Source: Nakamurella sp.
GTDB lineage: Bacteria; Actinomycetota; Actinomycetes; Mycobacteriales; Nakamurellaceae
Length of the DNA stretch: 64,000 nucleotides
NCBI RefSeq assembly: GCF_044224575.1
Contig: NZ_JBGAKE010000009.1
Span: 32,162-96,161, forward strand
Reading direction: 5' to 3'
Under the pieces are notes generated by a model that ran no database searches, had not been told where the DNA came from, and saw nothing but the letters and a program-made list of their open reading frames with translations. Shown one piece after another: positions 36,543 to 47,055 of the stretch (positions within the stretch are counted from its first letter, which is position 1; every line of letters begins with the position of its first letter). The translations under genes were made by a program, and so were the position numbers.

Positions 36543-36597
36543 CCCGTCGCTGCCCACCCGGTCACCCCACCCTCCCACTCATCCGATTGGACCGACA

Positions 36598-38112
36598 ATG
36601 ACCGTCGTCTCCTGGTTTCAGGACACCACCGGGGGCCTGCTGACCCTCTGCGCCATCGCCGTGGCCGTCCTGCTGTTCCTGATCATCAAAGTCAAACTCG
36701 AACCGTTCATCGCGCTCGTCCTGGTCGGGTTGGGCCTGGGCCTGGCCGCCGGCCTGTCCGTCACCGAGCTCGTCGGTACAGCCCTCAAATCTGGAGACTC
36801 CCTGCTCGAGACCGGCTTCGGCGGGATCCTCGGGCACATCGCAGTGATCATCGGACTGGGCACCGTGCTCGGCGCGATCCTGGAGCGGTCCGGGGGCGCC
36901 GACACGCTGACCAACGTGCTGATGCGGCTGTTCGGTGAGAAGCGGGCCCCGATCGCCATGGGGCTGCTCGGCCTGATCGTCGGCATCCCGGTCTTCTTCG
37001 ACATCGGCATCTTCGTGCTGGCACCGCTGGTGTACGTCACCGCGCTGCGGGGCCGCCGGTCGCTGGTCCTCTACGCGCTGCCGATGCTGGCCGGCCTGTC
37101 GATGACCCACGCGTTCCTGCCGCCGCATCCCGGTCCCGTCGCGCTGGCCGGCCTGCTCGGCGTCGATCTCGGCTACCTGATCATGATGGGCCTGGTCTGC
37201 GGCCTGCCCGGGTTCGTCGCCGCGGGTCTGGTCTGGGGCACCTGGATCGGCAAGCGGGTCATGGTCGAGGTCCCCGCCGATTTCATCGTCGGCGAGATGG
37301 AGCACGGGCTGGCCGACAAGACCCCGGGAGAGTCCGGGGCGGCCGGCGGATCCGGCTCGGGCACGGTGCCCGGCAGCGGCGGCGGTGGCGGTGGTGTGGC
37401 CCGGACGGCGGTCGAGTCGAAGGTCGAGCTCGGCGTCGATGGACCGAAGATGCCGCTGGTGGCGTTCGTCATCGCGACCCCGCTGGTGCTGATCCTGGGC
37501 GCGACGTTCGGCACCATGCTGTTGCCGGCGGAGAGCGGCCTGCTGCCCTGGCTGACCTTCTTCGGCAATCCCGCGGTCGCCCTGCTGATCGCCGTGCTGC
37601 TGTCGTTCTACTTCCTCGGCGTGCGGCGCGGCATGTCGGTGGCGTCGCTGGGCAAGCTGACCGGCGAGTCGCTGCGACCGATCGGCATGATCCTGCTCGT
37701 CGTCGGGGCCGGCGCCTTCTTCGGCAAGGTGATCTCCGCGACCGGCATCGGTGCCGCCCTGGCCGAAACCCTCTCGGCCTGGGGCCTGCCGGTGATCGTG
37801 CTCGCCTACGTGCTCAGCTGCGGCCTCCGGATCGCCCAGGGCTCGGCCACCGTGGCCATCGTGACCACCGGCGGCATCGTCGGACCGCTGGTCGCCACCG
37901 CCGGCTACTCGCAGATCCAGCTCGCCCTGATCGCGATGGCCATCGCCGCCGGCTCGATCATCTGCAGCCACGTGAACGACGGTGGGTTCTGGATCATCGC
38001 CAAGTACTTCAACATGACGGTGAAGCAGACCCTGCAGACCTGGACCGTGCTGGAGACGGTGCTCTCGGTCGTCAGCTTCGCGGTCGCCGGCACCCTATTC
38101 GCGGTGATCTGA
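36598..38112 (+). CDS. GntP family (gluconate:H+ symporter-like) permease
   Basis: KVKLEPFIAL, GLGTVLGAILERSGGA, PVFFDIG, THAFLPPHPGP, LRIAQGSATVA, SHVNDGGFW..KYF. Confidence 0.92.
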   Translation: MTVVSWFQDTTGGLLTLCAIAVAVLLFLIIKVKLEPFIALVLVGLGLGLAAGLSVTELVGTALKSGDSLLETGFGGILGHIAVIIGLGTVLGAILERSGGADTLTNVLMRLFGEKRAPIAMGLLGLIVGIPVFFDIGIFVLAPLVYVTALRGRRSLVLYALPMLAGLSMTHAFLPPHPGPVALAGLLGVDLGYLIMMGLVCGLPGFVAAGLVWGTWIGKRVMVEVPADFIVGEMEHGLADKTPGESGAAGGSGSGTVPGSGGGGGGVARTAVESKVELGVDGPKMPLVAFVIATPLVLILGATFGTMLLPAESGLLPWLTFFGNPAVALLIAVLLSFYFLGVRRGMSVASLGKLTGESLRPIGMILLVVGAGAFFGKVISATGIGAALAETLSAWGLPVIVLAYVLSCGLRIAQGSATVAIVTTGGIVGPLVATAGYSQIQLALIAMAIAAGSIICSHVNDGGFWIIAKYFNMTVKQTLQTWTVLETVLSVVSFAVAGTLFAVI

Positions 38113-38168
38113 CCCACCGCTCGGCCCTTCCCTGACCGACCTCCCCACACCTACCGAGGACACCTGAA

Positions 38169-38816
38169 ATGCCCACCCGTCTGGACCTTCCACCCGCCGT
38201 GCGCGAGTCCGGTGTCGTCGCGGTGCTCCGCGCCACGGACGCCGACCGGTACGCGCCCGTCGTCGACGTTCTTGCCGAGAACGGCGTGCACGCCATCGAA
38301 CTGACCATGAGCACGCCCGGCACCCTCGATGCCGTCGCCGCTCTCCGCGGCCGGATCGCCGGCAGCGGAGCCGCCCTCGGCGTCGGGACCGTCACGGACC
38401 CCGAAACAGCTGGGAAGGTAATCGATCTCGGCGCCGAGTTCATCGTCACGCCGACCATGTCCCCCGAGGTCGTCCGGATCGCCGTCGACGCCGGCATTCC
38501 GGTCTACCCGGGGGCGCTGACCCCCACCGAGGTGCTCGCCGGGTGGCAGGCCGGCGCCACGGCCGTGAAGCTGTTCCCGGCGTCCACCGTCGGCCCGTCC
38601 TACCTGGGTCACCTGCACGGGCCGTTCCCCCAGATCCCGCTGCTGCCCTCCGGCGGCTTCGGTCTTCCCGAGATCGGGAAATGGATCGGCGCCGGAGCGG
38701 TCGCCGTCAGCATGGGATCGTCGCTGATCGGCGACGCCCTGCGCGGTGGCAGCCTGGCCGACCTGGCCCGGCGCTGCCGGGACGCCGTCGATGCGGTCCG
38801 TCGGGCGCGGTCATGA
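38169..38816 (+). CDS. eda: KDPG/KHG aldolase
   Basis: VVAVLR, IELTM.TP, GVGTV, FIVTP, PGALTPTE, VKLFPA, PSGG. Confidence 0.88.
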   Translation: MPTRLDLPPAVRESGVVAVLRATDADRYAPVVDVLAENGVHAIELTMSTPGTLDAVAALRGRIAGSGAALGVGTVTDPETAGKVIDLGAEFIVTPTMSPEVVRIAVDAGIPVYPGALTPTEVLAGWQAGATAVKLFPASTVGPSYLGHLHGPFPQIPLLPSGGFGLPEIGKWIGAGAVAVSMGSSLIGDALRGGSLADLARRCRDAVDAVRRARS

Positions 38817-39766
38817 GCAGCGCTGCGGCCACCGGAGGCGTCCTGACCATCGGCGAGAGCCTCGGCCTGGTCGTCACCGACGGGCCCCTGCACGAGCACC
38901 GGACCCGCGTCGGGTTCGGCGGGGCCGAATCCAACGTGGCCATTGCGTTGCGCCGGCTGGGCGTGCCCGTGACCTGGGTGAGCCGGCTGGGTGAGGATCC
39001 GTTCGGCGACCTCATCGAGCGGGAGCTGCGCGCCGAGGGCGTCACCGTCCGGGTCACCCGCAGCGACACCGACCCCACCGGGCTGATGGTCAAGCAGCGG
39101 CGGCCACTGGGACGCAGCCGGGTCCGGTACTACCGCTCGACCAGCGCGGCCACCCGGCTGACCGGTGCCGACGTCACCCGGGAGCAACTCGAGGAGGCCG
39201 CCGTGGTGCACCTCACCGGGATCACCGCGGCGATCTCGACGAGCGCCCGCGAGGCCGTCCTGGACGTCGCCCGCCGCGCGCGCGAGGCCGGCACCCGGGT
39301 GTCCTTCGACCTGAACCACCGGTCCACACTGTGGGACCGGGCGCAGGCCGCCGCGACCTTCCGGCAGATCCTGCCGCTTACCGACGTCGTCTTCGCCGGC
39401 GACGACGAGGCCCGCATCCTGTTCCCCGAGATCCACGATCCGGCCGAACTTGCCGCCGCCCTCGCCGGACTCGGCCCGACCGAGGCGGTCATCAAGCTCG
39501 GCGAGCACGGCGCCCTGGCCCGCACGGCCGACACCGTGCACCGCCAGTCCGCCATGCCCATCGAGCCGGTCGACACGGTCGGCGCCGGCGACGGCTTCGT
39601 TGCCGGCTATCTCAGCGAGATCCTCGCCGGCGCCCCGGTGCCGGCCCGTCTGCGCACCGGCACCCAGGTCGGCGCCTACGCCTGCCTCGGGCCCGGCGAC
39701 TGGGAATCCATGCCCACCCGGGCGGACCTGCAGGTCGATCCCGCCGCGGACGCGGTCGACCGATAG
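38813..39766 (+). CDS. kdgK: PfkB-family sugar kinase, 2-keto-3-deoxygluconate kinase-like
   Basis: GGAESNVAIAL.RLG, VHLTGIT, SFDLNHR..LW, VDTVGAGDGF; ATGA overlap with eda. Confidence 0.8.
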   Translation: MSSAAATGGVLTIGESLGLVVTDGPLHEHRTRVGFGGAESNVAIALRRLGVPVTWVSRLGEDPFGDLIERELRAEGVTVRVTRSDTDPTGLMVKQRRPLGRSRVRYYRSTSAATRLTGADVTREQLEEAAVVHLTGITAAISTSAREAVLDVARRAREAGTRVSFDLNHRSTLWDRAQAAATFRQILPLTDVVFAGDDEARILFPEIHDPAELAAALAGLGPTEAVIKLGEHGALARTADTVHRQSAMPIEPVDTVGAGDGFVAGYLSEILAGAPVPARLRTGTQVGAYACLGPGDWESMPTRADLQVDPAADAVDR

Positions 39767-40097
39767 CTCGCCGGGTCGGGTCGCCCCCGGGTCGCTGTCG
39801 AGCCGTCGCTCGCCGGCCGGCTACGTAGGTCTTCGGGTCAAAGATACGTACTCGTCCTGATCCGGGTGAGGGCCGACGCTGACAGGATCAATCGCAGCTC
39901 CAGTGCAACGGATCCGGTAGCGGGCACGCCGCCCGACGATCGGTCGCTACGCACGGTCCCGTGTCGGACGCAAGGCCTCCGCCCGACAGCGGCGCCGGAT
40001 CCGGTGCGCGCCGTTCGGCGGTGCCCAGCAGCGTCGAACGGGGTCCTGCCCGCTGCCTGCCCCGATCAGGCACCATCACCACGAGGAGCACTCCGTC

Positions 40098-40691
40098 ATG
40101 CCTTCGTCTCTCGGCCCGGTGCCCGTGCGCGACCTGTCCGACCTGATGGTCGACGTGCTGGACGGTCACCGTGCAGCGTGGGCCGAACTGATCACCCGGT
40201 TCGACCCGTTGATCACCTCGATCCTGCGCCGATATCGCCTCTCCCCCAGTGACCTCCAGGACGTTCGTCAGGACGTCTGGGCCTGTGTGATCGCGCATGT
40301 CCGGGACGTCCGGGAACCCCGTGCGTTTCCCGGCTGGATCGCGGCCGTCTCCCGTCACGAGGCGGCCCGGTGGTGCACCTCCGCCCGTCGACGGGGTGAA
40401 TCGATGGACTCGCTGCAGATCGGCGAGATCGTCGGCGACGGCGGCCGCCATGTTCCGCCGGTGGACGACAACCTGGTCCGGGCCGAGGTCCGCCGATCGG
40501 TGCGGACCGGTCTACGTGAGCTCCGATCGGACGACCGCAGGCTCATGCTGATGCTGTTCGGGGACGACGAGCTCTCGTACCGCGACATCAGCCGAACGCT
40601 GGGCATCCCGCCGGGCCGGATCGGCCCGACGCGAGCCCGGTGCCTGGAGAAGCTGCGGCGCACCCGGGCGGTGGCCGACCTGGCCGCCTAA
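40098..40691 (+). CDS. ECF-type RNA polymerase sigma-70 factor
   Basis: AW.ELI.RF, DVRQDVW, FPGWI, SYRDISRTLGIPPGRIGPTRARCLEKLR; no adjacent anti-sigma gene. Confidence 0.88.
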   Translation: MPSSLGPVPVRDLSDLMVDVLDGHRAAWAELITRFDPLITSILRRYRLSPSDLQDVRQDVWACVIAHVRDVREPRAFPGWIAAVSRHEAARWCTSARRRGESMDSLQIGEIVGDGGRHVPPVDDNLVRAEVRRSVRTGLRELRSDDRRLMLMLFGDDELSYRDISRTLGIPPGRIGPTRARCLEKLRRTRAVADLAA

Positions 40692-40730
40692 CGAACGGTG
40701 GTCGCCGGCGTCCGCGGCGAGATCGGCTGG

Positions 40731-41558
40731 TCAGTCCTCGGTGCCCCAGAAGCCGGACGATCGTGATCCGAGGACGTAGTTGCCCAGCCAGTTGTCGAAG
40801 AGCCGGAACATCGTACTGATGAGGGACTCCGTGGAGCCGTCCAACGACACGAGTTGGTCCGCGTAGAGGTCCGGGTCGTCCCGCACCGGCCACAGCGACT
40901 CGGCCCGTTCCCACGCCCACTGACGCGCAACGGTCACGGTCTCCGCCTGCGCGAGATCATCCCAGTTCCAGGTGACCTTGTCGAAGAGACCGGCAAGCAG
41001 ATTGCCCTCCAGCATCCCTCGACGCAACTGGGGAATCTCCTGTGCGAAGATCTCGTTGAGGACCTTGTAATCGGCGATCTGTTCGGGTGTCGCCGCGACC
41101 ACCGACCCCTGGATGTCTTTGAACGCCCGGACCAGTGCCGCGCCGAGGTCGAACCGGATGTGTGCGGTCACGCCGGCGATCGCCCCGAGGATGGGGGCCA
41201 TGTCGTCGTCGTTCCATTTGTTGAACAGCGCCGACCAGCACCTGGGTGCCCAGGTGGAGCGATCGCTCCAATCCTGGAGAGCGCGGAAATACCGCTCGGC
41301 GAAGCGCAGATCGAGGGCAATCATGAAATCGGGATCCTGAAACCCATTGACCGCCAGCCGTGCTTCAACCTCCTGCGTGATGGTGGTGTACAGCCCGTTG
41401 AACGATGCGACCGGGTTATTCGGTCGGCCACCGAACTGCTCCATCACCGCCTGCAGGTCGGTCAGCCGTCCAACGACGCCCTTGACCTCGGTCGGTGCGG
41501 GGGCCTGGAAGACCGACTTGATGTCGTCCCGATGGTCGTCCGTCAGCGTGCTGCTCAT
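40731..41558 (-). CDS. DUF5995-like protein of unknown function
   Basis: VASFNGLY..IT, F.DPDF...LD.RFA.RY, W..LF, AGVTAHI.FDL, DY..LN.IF. Confidence 0.75.
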   Translation of the reverse strand: MSSTLTDDHRDDIKSVFQAPAPTEVKGVVGRLTDLQAVMEQFGGRPNNPVASFNGLYTTITQEVEARLAVNGFQDPDFMIALDLRFAERYFRALQDWSDRSTWAPRCWSALFNKWNDDDMAPILGAIAGVTAHIRFDLGAALVRAFKDIQGSVVAATPEQIADYKVLNEIFAQEIPQLRRGMLEGNLLAGLFDKVTWNWDDLAQAETVTVARQWAWERAESLWPVRDDPDLYADQLVSLDGSTESLISTMFRLFDNWLGNYVLGSRSSGFWGTED

Positions 41559-44455
41559 GGCGTTCCCTCCCTGGTGGCGACCTGCGGTGTCGTCGGTGCC
41601 CGCAGGAAGATGGTGGCGGCCTCGAGCCTCGACCGGGCGCCGAGCTTGGCCAGGATGTGCGAGACGTGGACGCCGACCGTGCGCTGGCTGATGAACAGGA
41701 TCTGACCGATCTCGCGATCGGTGCGACCACCCGCCACCTCGGACAGCACGTCGATCTCCCGCGGGGTCAACCTGCTCAGGGCCGGACTGACCGGGTGGCG
41801 CGTCGGGCGCGGATTCCCGTCGTCCTCGATGTCGGCCACCACGATCCCTGCCCGGCTGGCGAGGGCTTCGATCTCCAACCGGAGCGGGACGGCATTGAGC
41901 CGCAGCGCGTCGGTGCGGGCGCGGGTCAGCAGCTCCCGGGCTTCGCGGCCCCGGGATCGGCCTTCCAGCAGCGCCCGGGCGCGGTGATACCGGGCGTAGG
42001 TACTCGGATAGGGGTGCGAACGGTCCGCCCAGTGATCGGCGGCGCGACCCCAACCGGCCGGATCGGAGCGGCCGTCGATGCGGGTCCGCTCGGCCGCGCA
42101 GAGCAGCACGTAACCCTCGACGACGTCGCGCACCCATGACGACGGCGTGCCGCTCCGCTCCACCCGCCTCGCCGTGGCGTCAAGCCGGTCGAGCATGTCG
42201 GAATCCGACCCCTCACCGGCCGCAACCGACTCTGCCTCAACCCGAAAGCCGTGCCAGACAAGCGGAGCCAGGTGCGAGGCGTCTTCGAATCCACCGTCGA
42301 TCGCGGTGAGCCCGTGACGCACCGCCGCTCGGGCCCGGACCAGGTTCCGGCGCCAGATCGCCAGCCCGGAGCGGAGAGTCGACACCTGAATCGTCTGTTT
42401 GCTGCTCGCGCCGTCGGCCAACAGTGTTTCGATCGACCGCAGGTCGCTCTCCGCGGATTCAAGATCGCCGAAGCCCAGCGCCAGCCGTACCCGGGCCAGC
42501 AGGGCATCGACCGCGACCACGCCGGTCGGATCCGTGCGGATCGCCTTCGATGTCCACTCGGCCGATTCGGCCCATTGTCCGAGGCGGAAGAGACCGGTGG
42601 CGGCCGCCGAGTAGAGCAGGGCGGCCGACGTGCGCCCACCGCCGGCCTGCTCCGCCCGGGCCGCGCCCAGCAGTGCGATGCGCACCCCCTCGTTGAGATC
42701 GTCGGGCGGACCGGCCAGCAGCTGTTCGGTCAGGTTCAGGTAGGCGGTCCCGATCAGGTCCACGCGGTCGGTCCGTTCGGCTGCCGCGATCGCCGCGCGC
42801 AGCTCGACCTCACCGGCCTCCCGGTTGCCGAGAAACGTCCGGCTCAACCCGAGCGCCGAACGTGCGATCACCTCGATCTCGGTCGATTCCGTCCGCGGAC
42901 CGCCGATGACCAGGGCGAGCTCGGCCGAGTTGGTGGCGTCGGAGTACTTGCCCAGCCGGACCAGTAGTTCGGCCGTCCGTGCCGCGATCGCCGCCCGGTC
43001 GGGGTCGGCGGCTCCCGTCCCGTCCGCATAGTGCCGGCACAGCCGTTCGGCGTCGGCCAACCGGCCGGCCGCGGTCAGGCAGGTGATCCGCATGAGGTCT
43101 CGCGACGGCGACGGTGGTTGGCCGGCCACGGATTCGATGCGGTCGAGGAGCGCCAGCGCCGCGTGGTAGTCGCCGGCGAGCTGCGCCGCTCCGGCGGCTC
43201 GGCGCAACAGGTTCGGCTCCGATGCCCGCATCGGCAGCGACGTCGCGATGTCGATCGCCACCCGCCAGTGTTGCCAGGCATCGCCGTAGGCGTGCTGCCG
43301 GAGTGCCCCTTCGGCCGCCCTGACCAGCGTGGGCAGGGCACGTTCGGCCTGCCCGGCGAGCAACCAGTGGTGCGCCAGGTTGGCACTGTAGGTCGCGTCA
43401 TCCCCGCCGAACAGTTCGAGTCCCTCGGCAAATCGACGGTGCAGCAACCGCCGCTCGGCCGGCAGCAGATCGGATTCCACCACCTCTTTGAGCATCTGGT
43501 GGCGGATGGTCAGGCCCGGCCCGCGCGGGGTGATCAGGCGGGCGTCCAGAGCGGCCCGGACCGCCTCGGCCAGGGCCTGGTCGGGCTGGTCGGTGACGTG
43601 CCGCAGGAGATCGTCGGAGACCGGGCCCACCCCGATGCAGATCGTCCGGACGACGGCGCGGACGGCCGGCCCCAGGTCGTCGAGTTGGCCAAGCGTCATC
43701 GAACGCAGCGTTTCCGGCGTCGCCGAGGTGGTCGGTCCGGTTCGAACGATCTCCTCGATGATCAATGGGTTACCCGCGCTTCGCTCCCAGATCACCTCGG
43801 CCACCGACTCGGGCAGCGCCTGCCGCGTCATCGCTGCGGCAAGTTCGAGGGCGTCGTCATGAGCGAGTGGACCGACGTCCAGCATCCTGATCGATCGCAA
43901 CCGCCGGAGCCGGACCAGCAGGCGCCGCATCTGCGGCACGGTGCCCAGATGATCGGCGCCGACGGCGGCGAGGAAGAACAGGTTCGCCCGGGACTGATCG
44001 GCCAGGACCGTCAGGACAAGACGTTTCGTATTCTCGTCGACCCATTGCAGGTCGTCGAGAATGAGGACGACAGCTCGATCGTGGGCCAGGCGCACCAGTT
44101 CCCGGTGCAGATGCTGCATCACCGGCCCCGGCGCCGGTTCGCCCGGGGGATCCAGGATTCGCCCGAGAGTGGCCGCGCTCGCCGCGTCCCGCGTCGACAA
44201 GTCCTGTACCGCGGTGTGAATCGGATAGAATGGCCAGGTCTCACCGACATCGACGCAGGCCCCGCCCAGGACGATCGCCCCGCGTTCGGCAGCCTGGGCG
44301 GCTACCGCGGACAACAGACTCGACTTACCGACCCCGGCGTCACCGGTCAGCACGACGCCGCGGGGGCCGGGGCGATGGTCGGTCAACGCGGCCGTGATCA
44401 GGGCGAGCTCCTTGGCCCGGCCCAGCAGAATCGGCGTGTCAACCTTCCCCACCAC
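41555..44455 (-). CDS. Large ATP-binding LuxR-family regulator (AAA_16 ATPase + TPR-like region + LuxR HTH)
   Basis: LLGRAKEL, LTGDAGVGKS, LILDDLQWVD, GNPLIIEE, C-terminal LTPREIDVL..VA.G.TDREI...LFISQRTVGVHVSHILAKLG; start uncertain. Confidence 0.92.
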   Translation of the reverse strand: MVGKVDTPILLGRAKELALITAALTDHRPGPRGVVLTGDAGVGKSSLLSAVAAQAAERGAIVLGGACVDVGETWPFYPIHTAVQDLSTRDAASAATLGRILDPPGEPAPGPVMQHLHRELVRLAHDRAVVLILDDLQWVDENTKRLVLTVLADQSRANLFFLAAVGADHLGTVPQMRRLLVRLRRLRSIRMLDVGPLAHDDALELAAAMTRQALPESVAEVIWERSAGNPLIIEEIVRTGPTTSATPETLRSMTLGQLDDLGPAVRAVVRTICIGVGPVSDDLLRHVTDQPDQALAEAVRAALDARLITPRGPGLTIRHQMLKEVVESDLLPAERRLLHRRFAEGLELFGGDDATYSANLAHHWLLAGQAERALPTLVRAAEGALRQHAYGDAWQHWRVAIDIATSLPMRASEPNLLRRAAGAAQLAGDYHAALALLDRIESVAGQPPSPSRDLMRITCLTAAGRLADAERLCRHYADGTGAADPDRAAIAARTAELLVRLGKYSDATNSAELALVIGGPRTESTEIEVIARSALGLSRTFLGNREAGEVELRAAIAAAERTDRVDLIGTAYLNLTEQLLAGPPDDLNEGVRIALLGAARAEQAGGGRTSAALLYSAAATGLFRLGQWAESAEWTSKAIRTDPTGVVAVDALLARVRLALGFGDLESAESDLRSIETLLADGASSKQTIQVSTLRSGLAIWRRNLVRARAAVRHGLTAIDGGFEDASHLAPLVWHGFRVEAESVAAGEGSDSDMLDRLDATARRVERSGTPSSWVRDVVEGYVLLCAAERTRIDGRSDPAGWGRAADHWADRSHPYPSTYARYHRARALLEGRSRGREARELLTRARTDALRLNAVPLRLEIEALASRAGIVVADIEDDGNPRPTRHPVSPALSRLTPREIDVLSEVAGGRTDREIGQILFISQRTVGVHVSHILAKLGARSRLEAATIFLRAPTTPQVATREGTP

Positions 44456-44837
44456 GGGATTTGACGATACGCGGAATGATGCGACTTGCGGCTTGTGGGT
44501 CCGATTGGTGAATTGCCCGGTCGTGCCACCGTACGCTTCGTTCGGCGAAGCAATTGTCGATGGACTCAATTCTTCGGACGATGGAAGGTCCGGGCGACGC
44601 CGAGAGCAGGCCGGGTGACGGATCGGGTGTGGGACCGTCGCTGCGCCGGCTGCACGGCATGCCGGCCCAGCGGGATTGGCCGCGGGCGGCGGTGCTGCGG
44701 CGGTTCTTCGGCTCCCGGGCCGGAGGCAAGGAGCGCCATGCCGCCCTGCTGGTCCAAGCGGTCCACCCGGACCGCGTTCCCGCCCCACTGGTGGCGGTGC
44801 TCGGTCAGGTCTGACCGGCCGGGCAGAATCACCGGGC

Positions 44838-45140
44838 ATGGACGCGGACGACGACACCCGGCTGCTGTGCTGTCTGCTGTGGGCGCATCCGGGAGAGGCC
44901 GCCGCACTCGGCCGGTACGAGGACCGGGTCCTGGCGATCCTGGCCGACCACGGCGGCCGCGTGCGGCAGCGAGCGGTCGGATCGGGCGACGACGGTCATC
45001 CGAACGAGGTTCAGCTCATCGAATTCGCCACCGGACGCGGGCTCGAGAGTTTCTTACGCGACCCGCGTCGGGCGGCCCTGGCCCGGGAACGGGACCGGAC
45101 GGTCGCCCGCACGGAACTCTTCCCGGTCACCCCGCGATGA
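44838..45140 (+). CDS. Small hypothetical protein (DUF1330-like alpha/beta barrel)
   Basis: YEDRVLAIL..HGG.V..R, EVQLIEF, F..DPRR.AL. Confidence 0.65.
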   Translation: MDADDDTRLLCCLLWAHPGEAAALGRYEDRVLAILADHGGRVRQRAVGSGDDGHPNEVQLIEFATGRGLESFLRDPRRAALARERDRTVARTELFPVTPR

Positions 45141-47055
45141 TCGGGCCCGCGGCGGCGGCCCCGGCCGCGTCATCGACGGCGTCGGTGGCCGCGCCGACCT
45201 GCACGAGCACGGCACCCAGCGCGACCTTCGTCCCGACGGCGGCAGTCAGACCACCAACGGTGCCGGCGAACGGCGCCTTGAGGGCGAGCTCCATCTTCAT
45301 GGCCTCCAGCACGAGCATCACCTGGCCGGCGTCGACGTGGTCGCCGTTCACCACGCGGACATCGATGACGGTGCCCGGCATCGGCGCGGTCACCACCCCG
45401 TCCCCGGCCGCCGCCACCTGGTCGCCGAAGATGTCGGGTCGGGCGAAGACGAACCGCTGCCCCTGGTAGGCCAGCTCAGTCCGGTGGGCCCGCACGTCGA
45501 CGATCCCGGACCGGGCGGTACCGTCGACCTCGAGGGTGAGAACAGCGTCCTCGAAGAGGATCTCGCGAACCGCGTAGTCGTCGACCCGTCCACCGGCCCG
45601 GTCGACGATCACCGTCCGGTCGAGCTCGACGACGGTCGGGGCCGGGTCCGCGCCGGACCGCCAGCCGTCGGCCCGGAACGGACCCCGGTCCGCGTCGGCG
45701 GCGAGCGCCGCGTTGGCCCAGCCGGCGATGACCCTGGGCACGTCGACACCCGGCTCCTCAAGGGCATTCCGATCCAGCCAGGCGGTGTCGATCAGTGCGT
45801 CGCGGAATTCGGCACTGGCGACCAGCGCCCGGAGAAAGCCGGTGTTGGTGGTCAGGCCGAGAATGGCGGTGTCGTCGAGGGCGTCCAGCAGGCTCCGGCG
45901 AGCCGCCTCCCGGTCGGCCCCGTGCGCGATGATCTTGCCCAGCATGGGGTCGAAGGAGGTGCTGACGACCTGTCCCGGGTCCAATGCCTGATCGACCCGG
46001 ACGCCGGCCGGCCAGCGGACGATCGAGGCCACCCCGGCCTGGGGGAGGAACCCGTGGAAAGAATCCTCGGCGTAGACGCGCGCTTCGATGGCGTGACCGG
46101 TCGCGGTCACGTCGGACTGGGCGATCGGAAGCGGCTCACCGGCCGCAATCCGCAGCTGCAACTCGACCAGATCCAGCCCGGTGATCGCCTCGGTGACCGG
46201 ATGCTCGACCTGCAGCCGGGTGTTCATCTCCAGGAAGTAGGCGTGACCGGTGTCGTCGTCCACCAGGAACTCCACGGTGCCGGCGTTCCGGTAGCCGACG
46301 TGCTTGGCCAGCGCGACCGCACTGGACGTGACCAGCTCGCGGGTCTCCGGGCTGATCGTCGGGGCCGGGGCCTCCTCGATGACCTTCTGATGACGGCGCT
46401 GGCTGGAGCAGTCCCGCTCGTGCAGGTGCACGACGCCGCCGTGTGCGTCGGCCATGATCTGCACCTCGATGTGCCGGCCGTGTTCCACGTACCGTTCGAC
46501 CAGCATGGTGTCGTCGCCGAAGGCGGACAGCGCCTCGCGGCGGGCGGCGGCCATCGCCTCGTCGTACTCCTGCGCTGCCCGCACGATGCGCATGCCCTTG
46601 CCGCCACCACCGGCGGCGGCCTTCACCAGCACGGGGTAACCGGCGTCCTCACCTCGCGGCACGACCGGAATACCGGCCGCGACGGCGATCTCGCGGGCCG
46701 CGTCCTTGCGGCCCATCGCGTCCATCACCGCGGCCGGGGGTCCGACCAGCACGATTCCGGCCTCCTGCACGGCGCGGGCAAAGGGCGCGCGTTCGGATAG
46801 AAAGCCGTAGCCCGGGTGAATCGCGTCGGCGCCGGCGGCCCCGGCGGCGGTGACGACGGCGTCGATGTCCAGGTAGCTGGGCACCGCGATGGCCCGGTCG
46901 GCGGCGCGGACGTGCGGGGCGGTCCGGTCGGCCTCGGTGAAGATCGCGACCGTCCGGATGCCCATCCGGCGGGCGGTTCGCAGGACCCGCAGTGCGATCT
47001 CGCCGCGGTTCGCGACCAGCAGGGTGCGCAGGGGTGGGTTCGACAACTCGCTCAC
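45127..47055 (-). CDS. Biotin carboxylase + biotin carboxyl carrier (acyl-CoA carboxylase alpha, methylcrotonyl-CoA carboxylase-like)
   Basis: [51 protein letters not shown] biotin site. Confidence 0.95.
   Translation of the reverse strand: MSELSNPPLRTLLVANRGEIALRVLRTARRMGIRTVAIFTEADRTAPHVRAADRAIAVPSYLDIDAVVTAAGAAGADAIHPGYGFLSERAPFARAVQEAGIVLVGPPAAVMDAMGRKDAAREIAVAAGIPVVPRGEDAGYPVLVKAAAGGGGKGMRIVRAAQEYDEAMAAARREALSAFGDDTMLVERYVEHGRHIEVQIMADAHGGVVHLHERDCSSQRRHQKVIEEAPAPTISPETRELVTSSAVALAKHVGYRNAGTVEFLVDDDTGHAYFLEMNTRLQVEHPVTEAITGLDLVELQLRIAAGEPLPIAQSDVTATGHAIEARVYAEDSFHGFLPQAGVASIVRWPAGVRVDQALDPGQVVSTSFDPMLGKIIAHGADREAARRSLLDALDDTAILGLTTNTGFLRALVASAEFRDALIDTAWLDRNALEEPGVDVPRVIAGWANAALAADADRGPFRADGWRSGADPAPTVVELDRTVIVDRAGGRVDDYAVREILFEDAVLTLEVDGTARSGIVDVRAHRTELAYQGQRFVFARPDIFGDQVAAAGDGVVTAPMPGTVIDVRVVNGDHVDAGQVMLVLEAMKMELALKAPFAGTVGGLTAAVGTKVALGAVLVQVGAATDAVDDAAGAAAAGPIIAG

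Noticed and set aside
37320-37410. Gly/Ser-rich insertion in the GntP permease
   Set aside because: A low-complexity cytoplasmic loop of a kind common in actinobacterial transporters; no exact repeat unit or other sign of function.
44554-44814. 86-aa ORF between the LuxR regulator and the DUF1330-like gene
   Set aside because: No RBS or family motif recognised; it may be intergenic or a remnant, but I cannot support a call.
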